Assembly (NCBI GenBank): GCA_964473995.1 | Contig: CAYYRB010000005.1 | Location: 3,802 to 61,485, forward strand | DNA: 57,684 nt | Direction: 5' to 3' | From: an uncultured Candidatus Competibacteraceae bacterium | GTDB taxonomy: Bacteria; Bacteroidota; Bacteroidia; CAIKAF01 | Shown here: positions 26,853-34,981 of the stretch, one piece after another | Position numbering within the stretch: the first letter of the stretch is position 1 | Layout of the letters: every line of letters begins with the position of its first letter | The notes under the pieces: model-generated | Database searches by the model: none | Seen by the model: the letters and a program-made list of their open reading frames with translations, nothing else | What the model was told of the DNA's origin: nothing | Made by a program: the position numbers and the translations under genes

Positions 26853-27439
26853 AGTCCTTGCTTTCTGTTTTTTGGGGTTTTGCTTTTATTCTCATGATGT
26901 ATAGCTATTCATCGGCTCAGCAGGGATACAGGCATTTTTTTGCGGATGGAATTACGCGGAGGCTTTTTAAATGCCGCCTAGAACTTGCCGGGCACCCTAT
27001 TTCGGGGATTTTGTTGGTTAAGCGGGTGGGTGATTTTTCTCTTCGTGCGGTTTATACTGCCGAAACCGGATTTACTTTTTTTGATTTGGGTATGGCAGAT
27101 AGTGCCGTTATTTTTCATTCTGGAGTAGGACCTTTTAAGAAGAAAATCATTCAACGGGCGCTTGCTGATGTGCTTCAAAGTGCCCTTTTGCGTCCATTGA
27201 ATTGTGCATTTGAACACCACCAACAGTCCGTTTTGACTTGTTCCCAATTACGATATGATCTGAAGATCGATCAAACGGGGGAGGAGTTTCCGCGTAGGGT
27301 AGAAATGTTTAGGGGAAAGCGGGTGCAGTCGTCGGCTGATTTTTATTTTCTTGATTCACGTAAGCAGTTACCCGATTCAATTTATGCGGTGCGTGATGGT
27401 TTTCCGTTAAAAATGAGCTTTCGGTTGTTGAATCATTAA
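26849..27439 (+). CDS. Hypothetical secreted protein, translationally coupled to the LolA-like gene
   Basis: An ATGA start/stop overlap at 26849-26852. The 196-aa protein has a signal peptide ending SSAQQ. Confidence 0.7.
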   Translation: MKSLLSVFWGFAFILMMYSYSSAQQGYRHFFADGITRRLFKCRLELAGHPISGILLVKRVGDFSLRAVYTAETGFTFFDLGMADSAVIFHSGVGPFKKKIIQRALADVLQSALLRPLNCAFEHHQQSVLTCSQLRYDLKIDQTGEEFPRRVEMFRGKRVQSSADFYFLDSRKQLPDSIYAVRDGFPLKMSFRLLNH

Positions 27440-27489
27440 TGGGTACCGCGGTTATTTTGGTTCGGGCGTATCTGGTAAACATTTTTTTT

Positions 27490-27497
27490 TACCTTTG
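27490..27497 (+). promoter_or_regulatory. Bacteroidota -7 promoter box TACCTTTG
   Basis: Exact consensus preceded by a T-run, ending 40 nt upstream of the ATG at 27537. Confidence 0.55.
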
Positions 27498-27536
27498 CAC
27501 TCCCTTGAAAAGTTAAAGCGCTAATTTTCTGAATGT

Positions 27537-28328
27537 ATGGCAAAGAAACAAACGGCCGTAGCCAAAGAGGTTACTATAGAAGATAAACTTCGGGCTCTTT
27601 ACGATCTTCAACAGATTGATTCCAGAATTGATAAAATCCGCACCATCCGCGGTGAATTGCCTTTGGAAGTAGAGGATCTTGAGGATGAAATCGCCGGTCT
27701 GAAAACCCGCTTGGATAAGCTCAAAGCTGAAACCAAAACATTCGATGAAGAAGTTTCGGCGCGCAAGCAGCAAATCAAAGATGCTCAGACGCTCATCAAG
27801 AAATATGAGCAACAGCAAATGAATGTGCGGAACAACCGCGAGTTTGACTCTCTTTCCAAAGAGATTGAATTCCAAACGCTCGAAATTCAATTGGCCGAAA
27901 AGAAAATAAAGGAGGCTCAATTCCGCATCGAAGACAAGAAGAAGGCGGCAGAAGAAATTTCGGCTAAAATTGATGATCGGACGCAGGATTTGAATCTGAA
28001 AAAATCTGAGTTGGAGGATATCGTAGAAGAAACACGCAAGGATGAAGAAATGCTGCTCGATAAATCAATGGAATTTGCGGGTTATATCGAAGATCGTCTT
28101 CAATCAGCCTATAAACGCCTTCGTTCCAACGCTGCCAACGGTTTAGCCGTAGTGTCTATTCAGCGTGATGCCTGCGGAGGATGTTTTGCCCATATTCCTC
28201 CCCAACGTCAGTTGGATATTGCCCAACGTAAAAAAGTAATCGTTTGTGAATATTGTGGACGTATTCTTACCGATCAGGTTCTGGCTTCTGAAGAGGAAGA
28301 TAAAATGCTGAAGGTGCTGAAAAGCTAA
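27537..28328 (+). CDS. Coiled-coil protein with C-terminal C4 zinc ribbon (COG1579/DUF164-like)
   Basis: About 200 aa of heptad-like, charged coiled coil, then CGGC...CEYCGRIL. Confidence 0.85.
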   Translation: MAKKQTAVAKEVTIEDKLRALYDLQQIDSRIDKIRTIRGELPLEVEDLEDEIAGLKTRLDKLKAETKTFDEEVSARKQQIKDAQTLIKKYEQQQMNVRNNREFDSLSKEIEFQTLEIQLAEKKIKEAQFRIEDKKKAAEEISAKIDDRTQDLNLKKSELEDIVEETRKDEEMLLDKSMEFAGYIEDRLQSAYKRLRSNAANGLAVVSIQRDACGGCFAHIPPQRQLDIAQRKKVIVCEYCGRILTDQVLASEEEDKMLKVLKS

Positions 28329-28351
28329 AAATGTCATTTAGATTATTGTGT

Positions 28352-28384
28352 GCGGCTTTCCCGAAAGGGTAAGCCGTTTTTTTT
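28352..28384 (+). terminator. Rho-independent terminator
   Basis: Stem gcggctttccc / gggtaagccgt (one mismatch) with a GAAA loop, followed by T8. Confidence 0.7.
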
Positions 28385-28414
28385 AATCAGGATTAACCCT
28401 TTACCGTGATTGGC

Positions 28415-29875
28415 CTAAAAATTAATTCCCCCCGTGAGAAGAAAGTTGCTTTTGCCTGTGCGGTTCATGGCTGCGGGAATCAGGTTTGAATCATAGAGCC
28501 AATAAGCTTCTTTTATTACGAATAGGGAGTAAGCAAAATCAATAAAAAATCCGGAACTGATGTCCCTATAGCCTGCGCCCGCCGAAACTCCCCAAACGGG
28601 AGAATGATTGATGTCGCGACGGTACGGGCTTCCTGCATAAGTAAAACCTGCTCTCAGCGAAAATGGATCAAGCCGGAACTCTGTTCCCATTTTTATAGAG
28701 TGTCCTGTTCTATACACGTCCCTGATGCGGTCATTTACTCCCTGAAACAGATTTGTGGACGCGGTAGATTCGCGGAAGCGCATGCCTTTGTAGGGAACCA
28801 GCTCATATTCCAATCCCAGCAGGGCAAACTTACTAAGCACAAATCCGCTTGAAATCTGCAACCGCATGGGGTTGCTGTAGCGATATTTAAAAACGCCTTC
28901 AGGGGAAAGGGCTTGTGTGGTTGCACCATTATCGTATTGGGCGTTTAGGTCATTTGCAAATCGATCGGTGAGTGAAAACGAGGTAGGTGTGTGGAATGCG
29001 ATGCCCAATCTTAGAAAATCCGCCGGTCGGTATATGAGCCCAAATTTTCCGCTCACGCCGCTTCCCCGTGTACGGAAATATTCCTTCAAGGTAAAGTGGG
29101 TGAATTCTGCGATGGAATCACCTGAATCTTCTTCGTAATGGAACGAAGTTTGGCGGTAATCCAGGACGGAAATGTTTAGTGAAAAACCCAAATACAGGCT
29201 GTTGGCGAGGTTGGCTCCCAAAGCAAAACTGACATCACCCATAGAGCCGCGGCTTTCAATTTCCTTACGCTGTCGTTTTTCAACCTGTGGCCAAGGTGCC
29301 TGAAAGGAAGTGTATCCGCCGCCGGGAGCATCCACCAGCAACTGGGAACTGATGGCCAACGATTCATAGTACGGGTCAATGATTCCCGCGTTGGCATTGC
29401 TTTCAAATACGTCAAGCAATGAACTTTCCCTGTTTATTCCCTGAATCAAGGTTTGATTGTTCAGGTCTGAATTTTTGGTGTAAGCGATGGCAAAATTCAC
29501 GAATTGAAATCCTTGCGAGGGTGTTTTTCTTCTTCGTTTTGACACATCACTGCTGAATACCAACCCCATATTTGCAAGATTGAAGACCGTGCGGTTGTCT
29601 GAGTCTGAGAAACCGAGGAAGTCTGACCGTGTGCTGTTGTAGGAAACGCCGGGAGTGAGCGTGAATTGACTTTTTCGGAAAAGGCCGATTCCCGCAGGAT
29701 TATTGGCCGCATTCGAGATGTCAGCGCCCAAGGCTCCAAAAGCACCGCCCATGGAGGCATACCGTGCCGAGCCTGTAAAGTAATAACGGGCATAGCGCAA
29801 CGCATCTCCTTCATTTTGGGCAATAGAGACACTCAGCGAAAGAACAACTGAAAACCCTGCTATGATTTTTTTCAT
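28415..29875 (-). CDS. FadL/PorV-like outer-membrane beta-barrel protein
   Basis: Signal peptide MKKIIAGFSVVLSLSVSIAQ. The N-terminal motif SARYASMGGAFGALGADISNAANNPAGIG is typical of FadL/TodX/PorV-like barrels. The C-terminal residue is aromatic (GGINF). The ATG at 29875 is preferred over the track start at 29899. Confidence 0.7.
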   Translation of the reverse strand: MKKIIAGFSVVLSLSVSIAQNEGDALRYARYYFTGSARYASMGGAFGALGADISNAANNPAGIGLFRKSQFTLTPGVSYNSTRSDFLGFSDSDNRTVFNLANMGLVFSSDVSKRRRKTPSQGFQFVNFAIAYTKNSDLNNQTLIQGINRESSLLDVFESNANAGIIDPYYESLAISSQLLVDAPGGGYTSFQAPWPQVEKRQRKEIESRGSMGDVSFALGANLANSLYLGFSLNISVLDYRQTSFHYEEDSGDSIAEFTHFTLKEYFRTRGSGVSGKFGLIYRPADFLRLGIAFHTPTSFSLTDRFANDLNAQYDNGATTQALSPEGVFKYRYSNPMRLQISSGFVLSKFALLGLEYELVPYKGMRFRESTASTNLFQGVNDRIRDVYRTGHSIKMGTEFRLDPFSLRAGFTYAGSPYRRDINHSPVWGVSAGAGYRDISSGFFIDFAYSLFVIKEAYWLYDSNLIPAAMNRTGKSNFLLTGGINF

Positions 29876-29924
29876 ATATCCTGATGCAAAAAAAATCACT
29901 TCCCGAAGAAAGTGAATTTTTTAA

Positions 29925-31289
29925 TTATCTGCGGCCTCCGGAAGATGGGGCGCCGCCCCCGGATGGCCTTGTACCTCCTGATGGAGATGTAAATCCACCG
30001 TTTGACGGAGCCGATCTTTGAAAACCTCCCTGTGGTTGGGGAGATGAAAAATTGCCGTTGGATGGTCTGCTCGGTTGAATGTTTTGAGGTTGTGTTTGTA
30101 CAGGTCTTGAAGGAGCACTGTTCATGGGCTGCGAAGGATTTTGCGATGGCCTTTGGAATTGCTGTTGCTGACCAGGCTGCTGTTGCACGGGCTGTGCTCC
30201 CGGACGGGTAGTTTGTTGCTGTTGTGCCGGCTGAGCTTGAACCGGTCTGTATGAGGGCTGTTGTTGTTGTCGGTCGGGCTGGGTAGTTTGCACAGGCCTC
30301 GTCAATTTATCATTGGCAGGCCTTTCGGATCCCGATGACGGTCTTTGGCCACTTACCGTATTCAGTCGACTGTAGTCCGGTTTTGTTATAGGCTCTTTTC
30401 CATTACTCATTTGCTGATCCTGAGGTGCACGCACCCGATCCATCGGTTTTACGGCATCCGTGGTTACCGGTTTTCCTGAAGAACCTACACCGATGTTCGG
30501 TTTTGCATTTCCTTCTCCTGCATTCTGGGTGGTGATTTTTCCGGTGGTCTCTGAGGGTTTTTTCGTGGACTTGATAAATCCTGCTACAAAGTGCGGATTG
30601 TAATTTTGCGGAATCGTGCCCGAAACGCTTCCTCTTGGCCCCCAAAAACCGCTGAAGGAAGGCCCCCATGAGCCACCACCCCCAAAACCTCCTCCATTCC
30701 ATGGACTGTTCCACGAATTGCCCCATCCGCAGCTCCAAGGGTTGTTCCAAGGGTTGTTCCAAGGATTATTCCAGGTATTATTCCATGAATTATACCAGGG
30801 GTTGTTCCACTGGTTATACCAGGGGTTATTCCAGGGATTATTCCAAGGGTTGTTCCAATTGTTATTCCATGGATTTCCAAAATAAGGATTTCCCCATCCT
30901 GAATTCCATCCGCCGCCCCAGGAATTAAATCCATAGTTCATCGCCCACATGGATGTGTGTGGATTGTTCCAAAATCCGTTAGGATTAAATCCGTTGTATC
31001 CTGAAAATCCGTTATTGGAATAAAAATTATTGGAAATAAATGTATTGCCGTTCATTCCTCCCTGATTCCCAAAATAATTCGGATCGTTTGCCGATTGAAA
31101 GTTGTTGGCTTCATCCGCATTTCCGACGGTACCTTGATTGGTTCGATTGTAACGGTTGAAATCCCTTCTGGCATCACTCATGCCGTAATAGGCATCATCG
31201 TAATACAAATAATCTGCGCGGCGTGAACCCGAGCAGGAAAACATGGTTATAACCACTACGGCCAAAAACGGAACGAATATCTTTTTCAT
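29925..31289 (-). CDS. Low-complexity probable lipoprotein: W-N-N-P periodic repeat followed by a Q/P-rich tail
   Basis: Signal peptide with Cys19 (VITMFSCSG), Trp at every 4th residue across residues 141-197, and a Gln/Pro/Ser-rich C-terminal half. The ORF stays open through the repeat. Confidence 0.75.
   Translation of the reverse strand: MKKIFVPFLAVVVITMFSCSGSRRADYLYYDDAYYGMSDARRDFNRYNRTNQGTVGNADEANNFQSANDPNYFGNQGGMNGNTFISNNFYSNNGFSGYNGFNPNGFWNNPHTSMWAMNYGFNSWGGGWNSGWGNPYFGNPWNNNWNNPWNNPWNNPWYNQWNNPWYNSWNNTWNNPWNNPWNNPWSCGWGNSWNSPWNGGGFGGGGSWGPSFSGFWGPRGSVSGTIPQNYNPHFVAGFIKSTKKPSETTGKITTQNAGEGNAKPNIGVGSSGKPVTTDAVKPMDRVRAPQDQQMSNGKEPITKPDYSRLNTVSGQRPSSGSERPANDKLTRPVQTTQPDRQQQQPSYRPVQAQPAQQQQTTRPGAQPVQQQPGQQQQFQRPSQNPSQPMNSAPSRPVQTQPQNIQPSRPSNGNFSSPQPQGGFQRSAPSNGGFTSPSGGTRPSGGGAPSSGGRR
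30699..30920 (-). repeat. Degenerate 12-nt tandem coding repeat (unit encodes about W-N-N-P)
   Basis: The plus strand reads as repeated ccaagggttgtt / ccaggggttatt units. It translates on the minus strand to NPWNNPWNNPWYNQWNNPWYNSWNNTWNNPWNNPWNNPW. Confidence 0.9.
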
Positions 31290-31326
31290 TTTAATCCAAT
31301 TTTATTGGGTTAAACTTTATGTTGGT

Positions 31327-31334
31327 TACTTTTG
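31327..31334 (+). promoter_or_regulatory. Bacteroidota -7 promoter box TACTTTTG upstream of proS
   Basis: Exact TAnnTTTG, embedded in the inverted repeat ggttac-tttt-gtaacc (31324-31339), ending 52 nt upstream of the GTG at 31386. Confidence 0.45.
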
Positions 31335-31385
31335 TAACCTCGTTAAAAGTACAAACAAAATCCGTACCGGTAAATCGCATTCATC

Positions 31386-32861
31386 GTGAAAAAGCTTGTA
31401 TCCAGAAAGGAAAATTATTCAGAATGGTATAATGAATTGGTAGTCAGGGCGGGCTTGGCTGATCATTCAGCCGTGAGAGGTTGTATGGTAATAAAACCCT
31501 ACGGTTTCTCTATCTGGGAGAAAATGCAACAGGAATTAGACCGCCGTTTCAAGGAAACCGGTCATGAAAATGCGTATTTCCCTCTCTTTGTTCCTAAAAG
31601 TTTGTTTGAGGCTGAAGAAAAAAATGCGGAAGGATTTGCGAAGGAATGTGCCGTTGTTACTCATTATCGTCTTAAAAATGATCCCGCCAATCCGGGTAAG
31701 TTGATGGTAGATCCTGAAGCTCGTTTAGAAGAGGAGTTGGTGGTCCGTCCTACCAGTGAGGCTATTATTTGGAATACCTACAAGAATTGGATTCAGAGTT
31801 ACCGTGATTTGCCAATTCTGGTGAATCAATGGGCCAATGTGGTGCGCTGGGAAATGAGGACACGCCTGTTTCTGCGCACGGCCGAGTTTTTATGGCAGGA
31901 GGGCCACACGGCCCATGCTTCCAAAGAGGAAGCGATTGCGGAAACCGAGCAGATGCTGGATGTGTATGCCGAATTTGCTGAAAATGTGTTGGCCATGCCG
32001 GTTATCAAAGGAATAAAAACGGCGAATGAGCGCTTCGCCGGAGCAGATGAAACCTATTGTATCGAGGCTCTCATGCAGGATGGAAAAGCGTTGCAGGCCG
32101 GTACTTCTCATTTTCTTGGTCAAAATTTTGCCAAGGCATTTGATGTGAAATTTGCCGGAAAGGATGGGAAATTGGATTATGTGTGGGCTACTTCCTGGGG
32201 GGTATCTACCCGTTTGATGGGAGCGCTCATTATGACTCATTCGGATGACTCAGGCTTGGTCTTGCCGCCCAGAATAGCTCCTATTCAGGTGGTTTTTATT
32301 CCCATTTACCGCACGGAAGAAGAACAAAAACTTACTTCGGATACCTGCCATGAATTGGCGGCTTCGCTCAAAAGAGTGGGAATCAGGGTTCGCGTGGATG
32401 ACAAGGACACCCAGAAGCCGGGTTGGAAATTTGCCGAGTATGAATTGAAAGGTGTTCCTTTGCGCGTGGCCGTGGGTCCCAGAGATCTGGCGGAAGGTAA
32501 TGTGGAACTTGCCCGCAGAGATACAGGCGAAAAACAAACGGTATCCGCTGATGGCTTGGCGGATAGGATTACAACTTTATTGGACGAAATTCAGGACAGT
32601 CTTTTTCAAATTGCCTTGAAGCGCCTCAACGATAACACGCTTCAGGTGGATGATTTTGCCTCATTTAAGCAGGTGTTAGATAGTACGGGGGGGATGATTT
32701 CCGCACATTGGGATGGAACATCTGAAACAGAAGAAGCGATAAAGGCAGAAACGAAGGCCACCATCAGATGCATTCCTTTGGATGCAAAAGAGGAGCCTGG
32801 TTTTTGTATTTTCTCAGGAAGGTCATCAAACAGAAGGGTAATTTTTGCCAGGGCGTATTGA
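31386..32861 (+). CDS. proS: Proline--tRNA ligase (archaeal/eukaryote-like type)
   Basis: 491 aa with N-terminal [16 protein letters not shown], class II motifs, and a C-terminal ...FARAY. The start is a GTG. Confidence 0.95.
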   Translation: MKKLVSRKENYSEWYNELVVRAGLADHSAVRGCMVIKPYGFSIWEKMQQELDRRFKETGHENAYFPLFVPKSLFEAEEKNAEGFAKECAVVTHYRLKNDPANPGKLMVDPEARLEEELVVRPTSEAIIWNTYKNWIQSYRDLPILVNQWANVVRWEMRTRLFLRTAEFLWQEGHTAHASKEEAIAETEQMLDVYAEFAENVLAMPVIKGIKTANERFAGADETYCIEALMQDGKALQAGTSHFLGQNFAKAFDVKFAGKDGKLDYVWATSWGVSTRLMGALIMTHSDDSGLVLPPRIAPIQVVFIPIYRTEEEQKLTSDTCHELAASLKRVGIRVRVDDKDTQKPGWKFAEYELKGVPLRVAVGPRDLAEGNVELARRDTGEKQTVSADGLADRITTLLDEIQDSLFQIALKRLNDNTLQVDDFASFKQVLDSTGGMISAHWDGTSETEEAIKAETKATIRCIPLDAKEEPGFCIFSGRSSNRRVIFARAY

Positions 32862-32963
32862 CCGGCATTCCCCCCAAGATTTTTTAGCATTATTCCCATT
32901 GTTTCCCTGCTGTCAGATTGCCTTAAGCGTGGGATGGGTGCTCAGGAAAAAGGCTTTACCGAA

Positions 32964-34904
32964 TTACTCCACGATCCATTTATCGAAAAAGTGCCCTTCG
33001 CGGGTTTCTATTTCAATCAGATAAACGCCATTGGAAAAGGAAAGGCCGTTCGAGTCAAATTGGGTTGTCTCGTTTTGTTTTGCATCAAATAATACTTTCC
33101 CTGTTATGTCCGAAATGCGTACCCCCATGATTGGATTTTGATTTTCACTCACAATCGTTAATCTTCCTTCTGAAGAAGGGTTCGGGAAAAAAAGCGGTTT
33201 GCCGGGCAAAGTAGTTTCTGCCATTGACGCCGTATTGTGCGGTTTTATATAACCGGTACGTGTTTTTATACCATATCCTCCCGCATTGTAAACATGAAGA
33301 ATAACGGTGTAGCTCGACGTGGAATTGAAGATTACTTTGGGATTTTCGGATTTATCGTTGGTTCCATCCACATAGGTATGGGTGGATGGGGAAATGCTCC
33401 AAAGAAACCCGTCTGAACTCCCGGGAGTCAGGTTGGAAAAAGAAACCGTCTGGCCTACGCTGGGTGTCGTATTATCAGCTACAAAATCTACAGTAGGCGC
33501 CGCCAATGCGGAACAGCTGTTTACTTCTTTTCCGGGTAGGGTAGTGGGATTGGCATTTTCTTTGTCCAGCCAGGGTTTTAGTCGTCGGTTTTCGGTGGTT
33601 GCCGTTTGATCCCAATTGAATGAAAACTTACCATACACATCCTGACCGGAGGTGTTGCTGCAAAAGGAACTTCCCCCGCTGAGCTGTCCCAGAATTTGGC
33701 CCGCAGAATTAAAGATGGGCGATCCGGAAGACCCGCCTTCGGTTACACCATGCCCATTGGCAGTGGCGGCCCAAACAACTCCCCAGTGCTTGCCCCAGTT
33801 TCCGCCGCTCCATCCTGAATTGGTAAGCGTGTTGGTGTACGTAGATATTTTTTTTACGTCGCCCGCAGGATGGTGAATACTCACACCGGAAGTTGATGCC
33901 GATGTACTTCGGCTCCATCCCGCCATGTAGGCATTAAACGAGGATGCCGGTCTTGATTTCAGATGCACCAGCAAAAAGTCGGATGATATAACATCGGAAA
34001 CATCGGAAGAATTGGCCATTTTCAAACATCCTGTAATGGTTTGATCATCCAGGTTGGTGGCGGATGCGGGATTGGTGCAGCCGGGTGTTTCAAAATTAAA
34101 ATAAAAAACCCATTGCTTATAATTGGATAAGGTGGCTCCTCCGCCGCAGTGGTTGGCTGTGAGTACGTAAGGGGTGCAATCATTGTTGGCGCTGTTGATT
34201 AATGAGCCGGAACAAAGCCCGGCGGCATTACCGTCTCTAACGATGATTTTCACCGCGGCTCGGCGCTGGGCATCCCAGGAGGCCCCTTCACTGCAATTGG
34301 CGTTCACCTCACAATTGTCCGAGCTTTGGTAATCCGATGCGTTTTTAGGACCGAAACTTCCCCTGTACATATACCCGATTTCAGTGGCTGAAAAATGGAA
34401 TTCATGCGCTGTTTCTTTACTTCCGTTGTATTCGAGAATAAGCTCATCACCTAAAATCGGTGCGGTGGCAAATACGTCTCCCGTGGCTGAATTTTGCCTG
34501 GTGTAGGAACCCACCACATGGCTTTTGTCTGCATTGTACACGAAAAAGACTCCATCTTCAGGTAAAGTAAAATGATCAAAATATACATTAAGCCCTTTGG
34601 CCCCTTGTGCTTTGAGCTTGAGGCGCCATATTGCTTTTCCATCGGTATAGTCCCAAACTCCTGACGTTTCCGTTACGGTTTCCATCGGCATGATTACTCC
34701 CGTTCGATAAAGTACTCCCTGTTTTTCTCTTTGTTTATCTTCCTCGGCCAATAAGTGTGTATCAGGTGCTTTCAATACAATCTCCGCGGCGGGCGATCCC
34801 AAGTTCGCCGAAAAAGATGCCGGTGAGACGGAATGGGAAACCTGTGCATTTGAACCCAGGAAAAGAATACCAAGAAAAGCAGTGAACGTGATCGCTTGTT
34901 TCAT
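32964..34904 (-). CDS. Secreted S1-family serine endopeptidase, lysyl-endopeptidase (Lys-C/API)-like, with PKD domain and T9SS type A sorting domain
   Basis: Signal peptide, propeptide, catalytic His (LTANHCGGG), Asp (SDFLLVHL) and Ser (TEGGSSGSPIF). The RRLKPWLD motif resembles Achromobacter protease I. The C-terminus is FFPNPSS...GVYLIEI. Confidence 0.88.
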   Translation of the reverse strand: MKQAITFTAFLGILFLGSNAQVSHSVSPASFSANLGSPAAEIVLKAPDTHLLAEEDKQREKQGVLYRTGVIMPMETVTETSGVWDYTDGKAIWRLKLKAQGAKGLNVYFDHFTLPEDGVFFVYNADKSHVVGSYTRQNSATGDVFATAPILGDELILEYNGSKETAHEFHFSATEIGYMYRGSFGPKNASDYQSSDNCEVNANCSEGASWDAQRRAAVKIIVRDGNAAGLCSGSLINSANNDCTPYVLTANHCGGGATLSNYKQWVFYFNFETPGCTNPASATNLDDQTITGCLKMANSSDVSDVISSDFLLVHLKSRPASSFNAYMAGWSRSTSASTSGVSIHHPAGDVKKISTYTNTLTNSGWSGGNWGKHWGVVWAATANGHGVTEGGSSGSPIFNSAGQILGQLSGGSSFCSNTSGQDVYGKFSFNWDQTATTENRRLKPWLDKENANPTTLPGKEVNSCSALAAPTVDFVADNTTPSVGQTVSFSNLTPGSSDGFLWSISPSTHTYVDGTNDKSENPKVIFNSTSSYTVILHVYNAGGYGIKTRTGYIKPHNTASMAETTLPGKPLFFPNPSSEGRLTIVSENQNPIMGVRISDITGKVLFDAKQNETTQFDSNGLSFSNGVYLIEIETREGHFFDKWIVE

Positions 34905-34920
34905 AAATCAAAATTGAATT

Positions 34921-34928
34921 CAAACTTA
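34921..34928 (-). promoter_or_regulatory. Bacteroidota -7 promoter box TAAGTTTG for the 646-aa peptidase
   Basis: The plus strand reads caaactta. It is 17 nt upstream of the ATG at 34904, just downstream of the terminator hairpin. Confidence 0.45.
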
Positions 34929-34932
34929 AACT

Positions 34933-34958
34933 AAAAAGGGGCTTGAATGCCCCCTTTT
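34933..34958 (-). terminator. Probable rho-independent terminator after the 849-aa peptidase
   Basis: On the minus strand, stem ggggc / gcccc with loop attcaa is followed by TTTTT. Confidence 0.55.
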
Positions 34959-34981
34959 AATCACTTTTAATCGGTGAATAA

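Noticed and set aside
30584-30934. Several ORFs overlapping the 12-nt repeat (two plus-strand, 30616-30885 and 30668-30928; two alternative-frame minus-strand), and the possibility that the tandem repeat is a CRISPR or non-coding satellite
   Set aside because: The repeats are contiguous 12-nt units with no spacers. They lie inside a 454-codon ORF that has a signal peptide, and the Trp phase is preserved while wobble positions vary. This is coding repeat DNA, not CRISPR.
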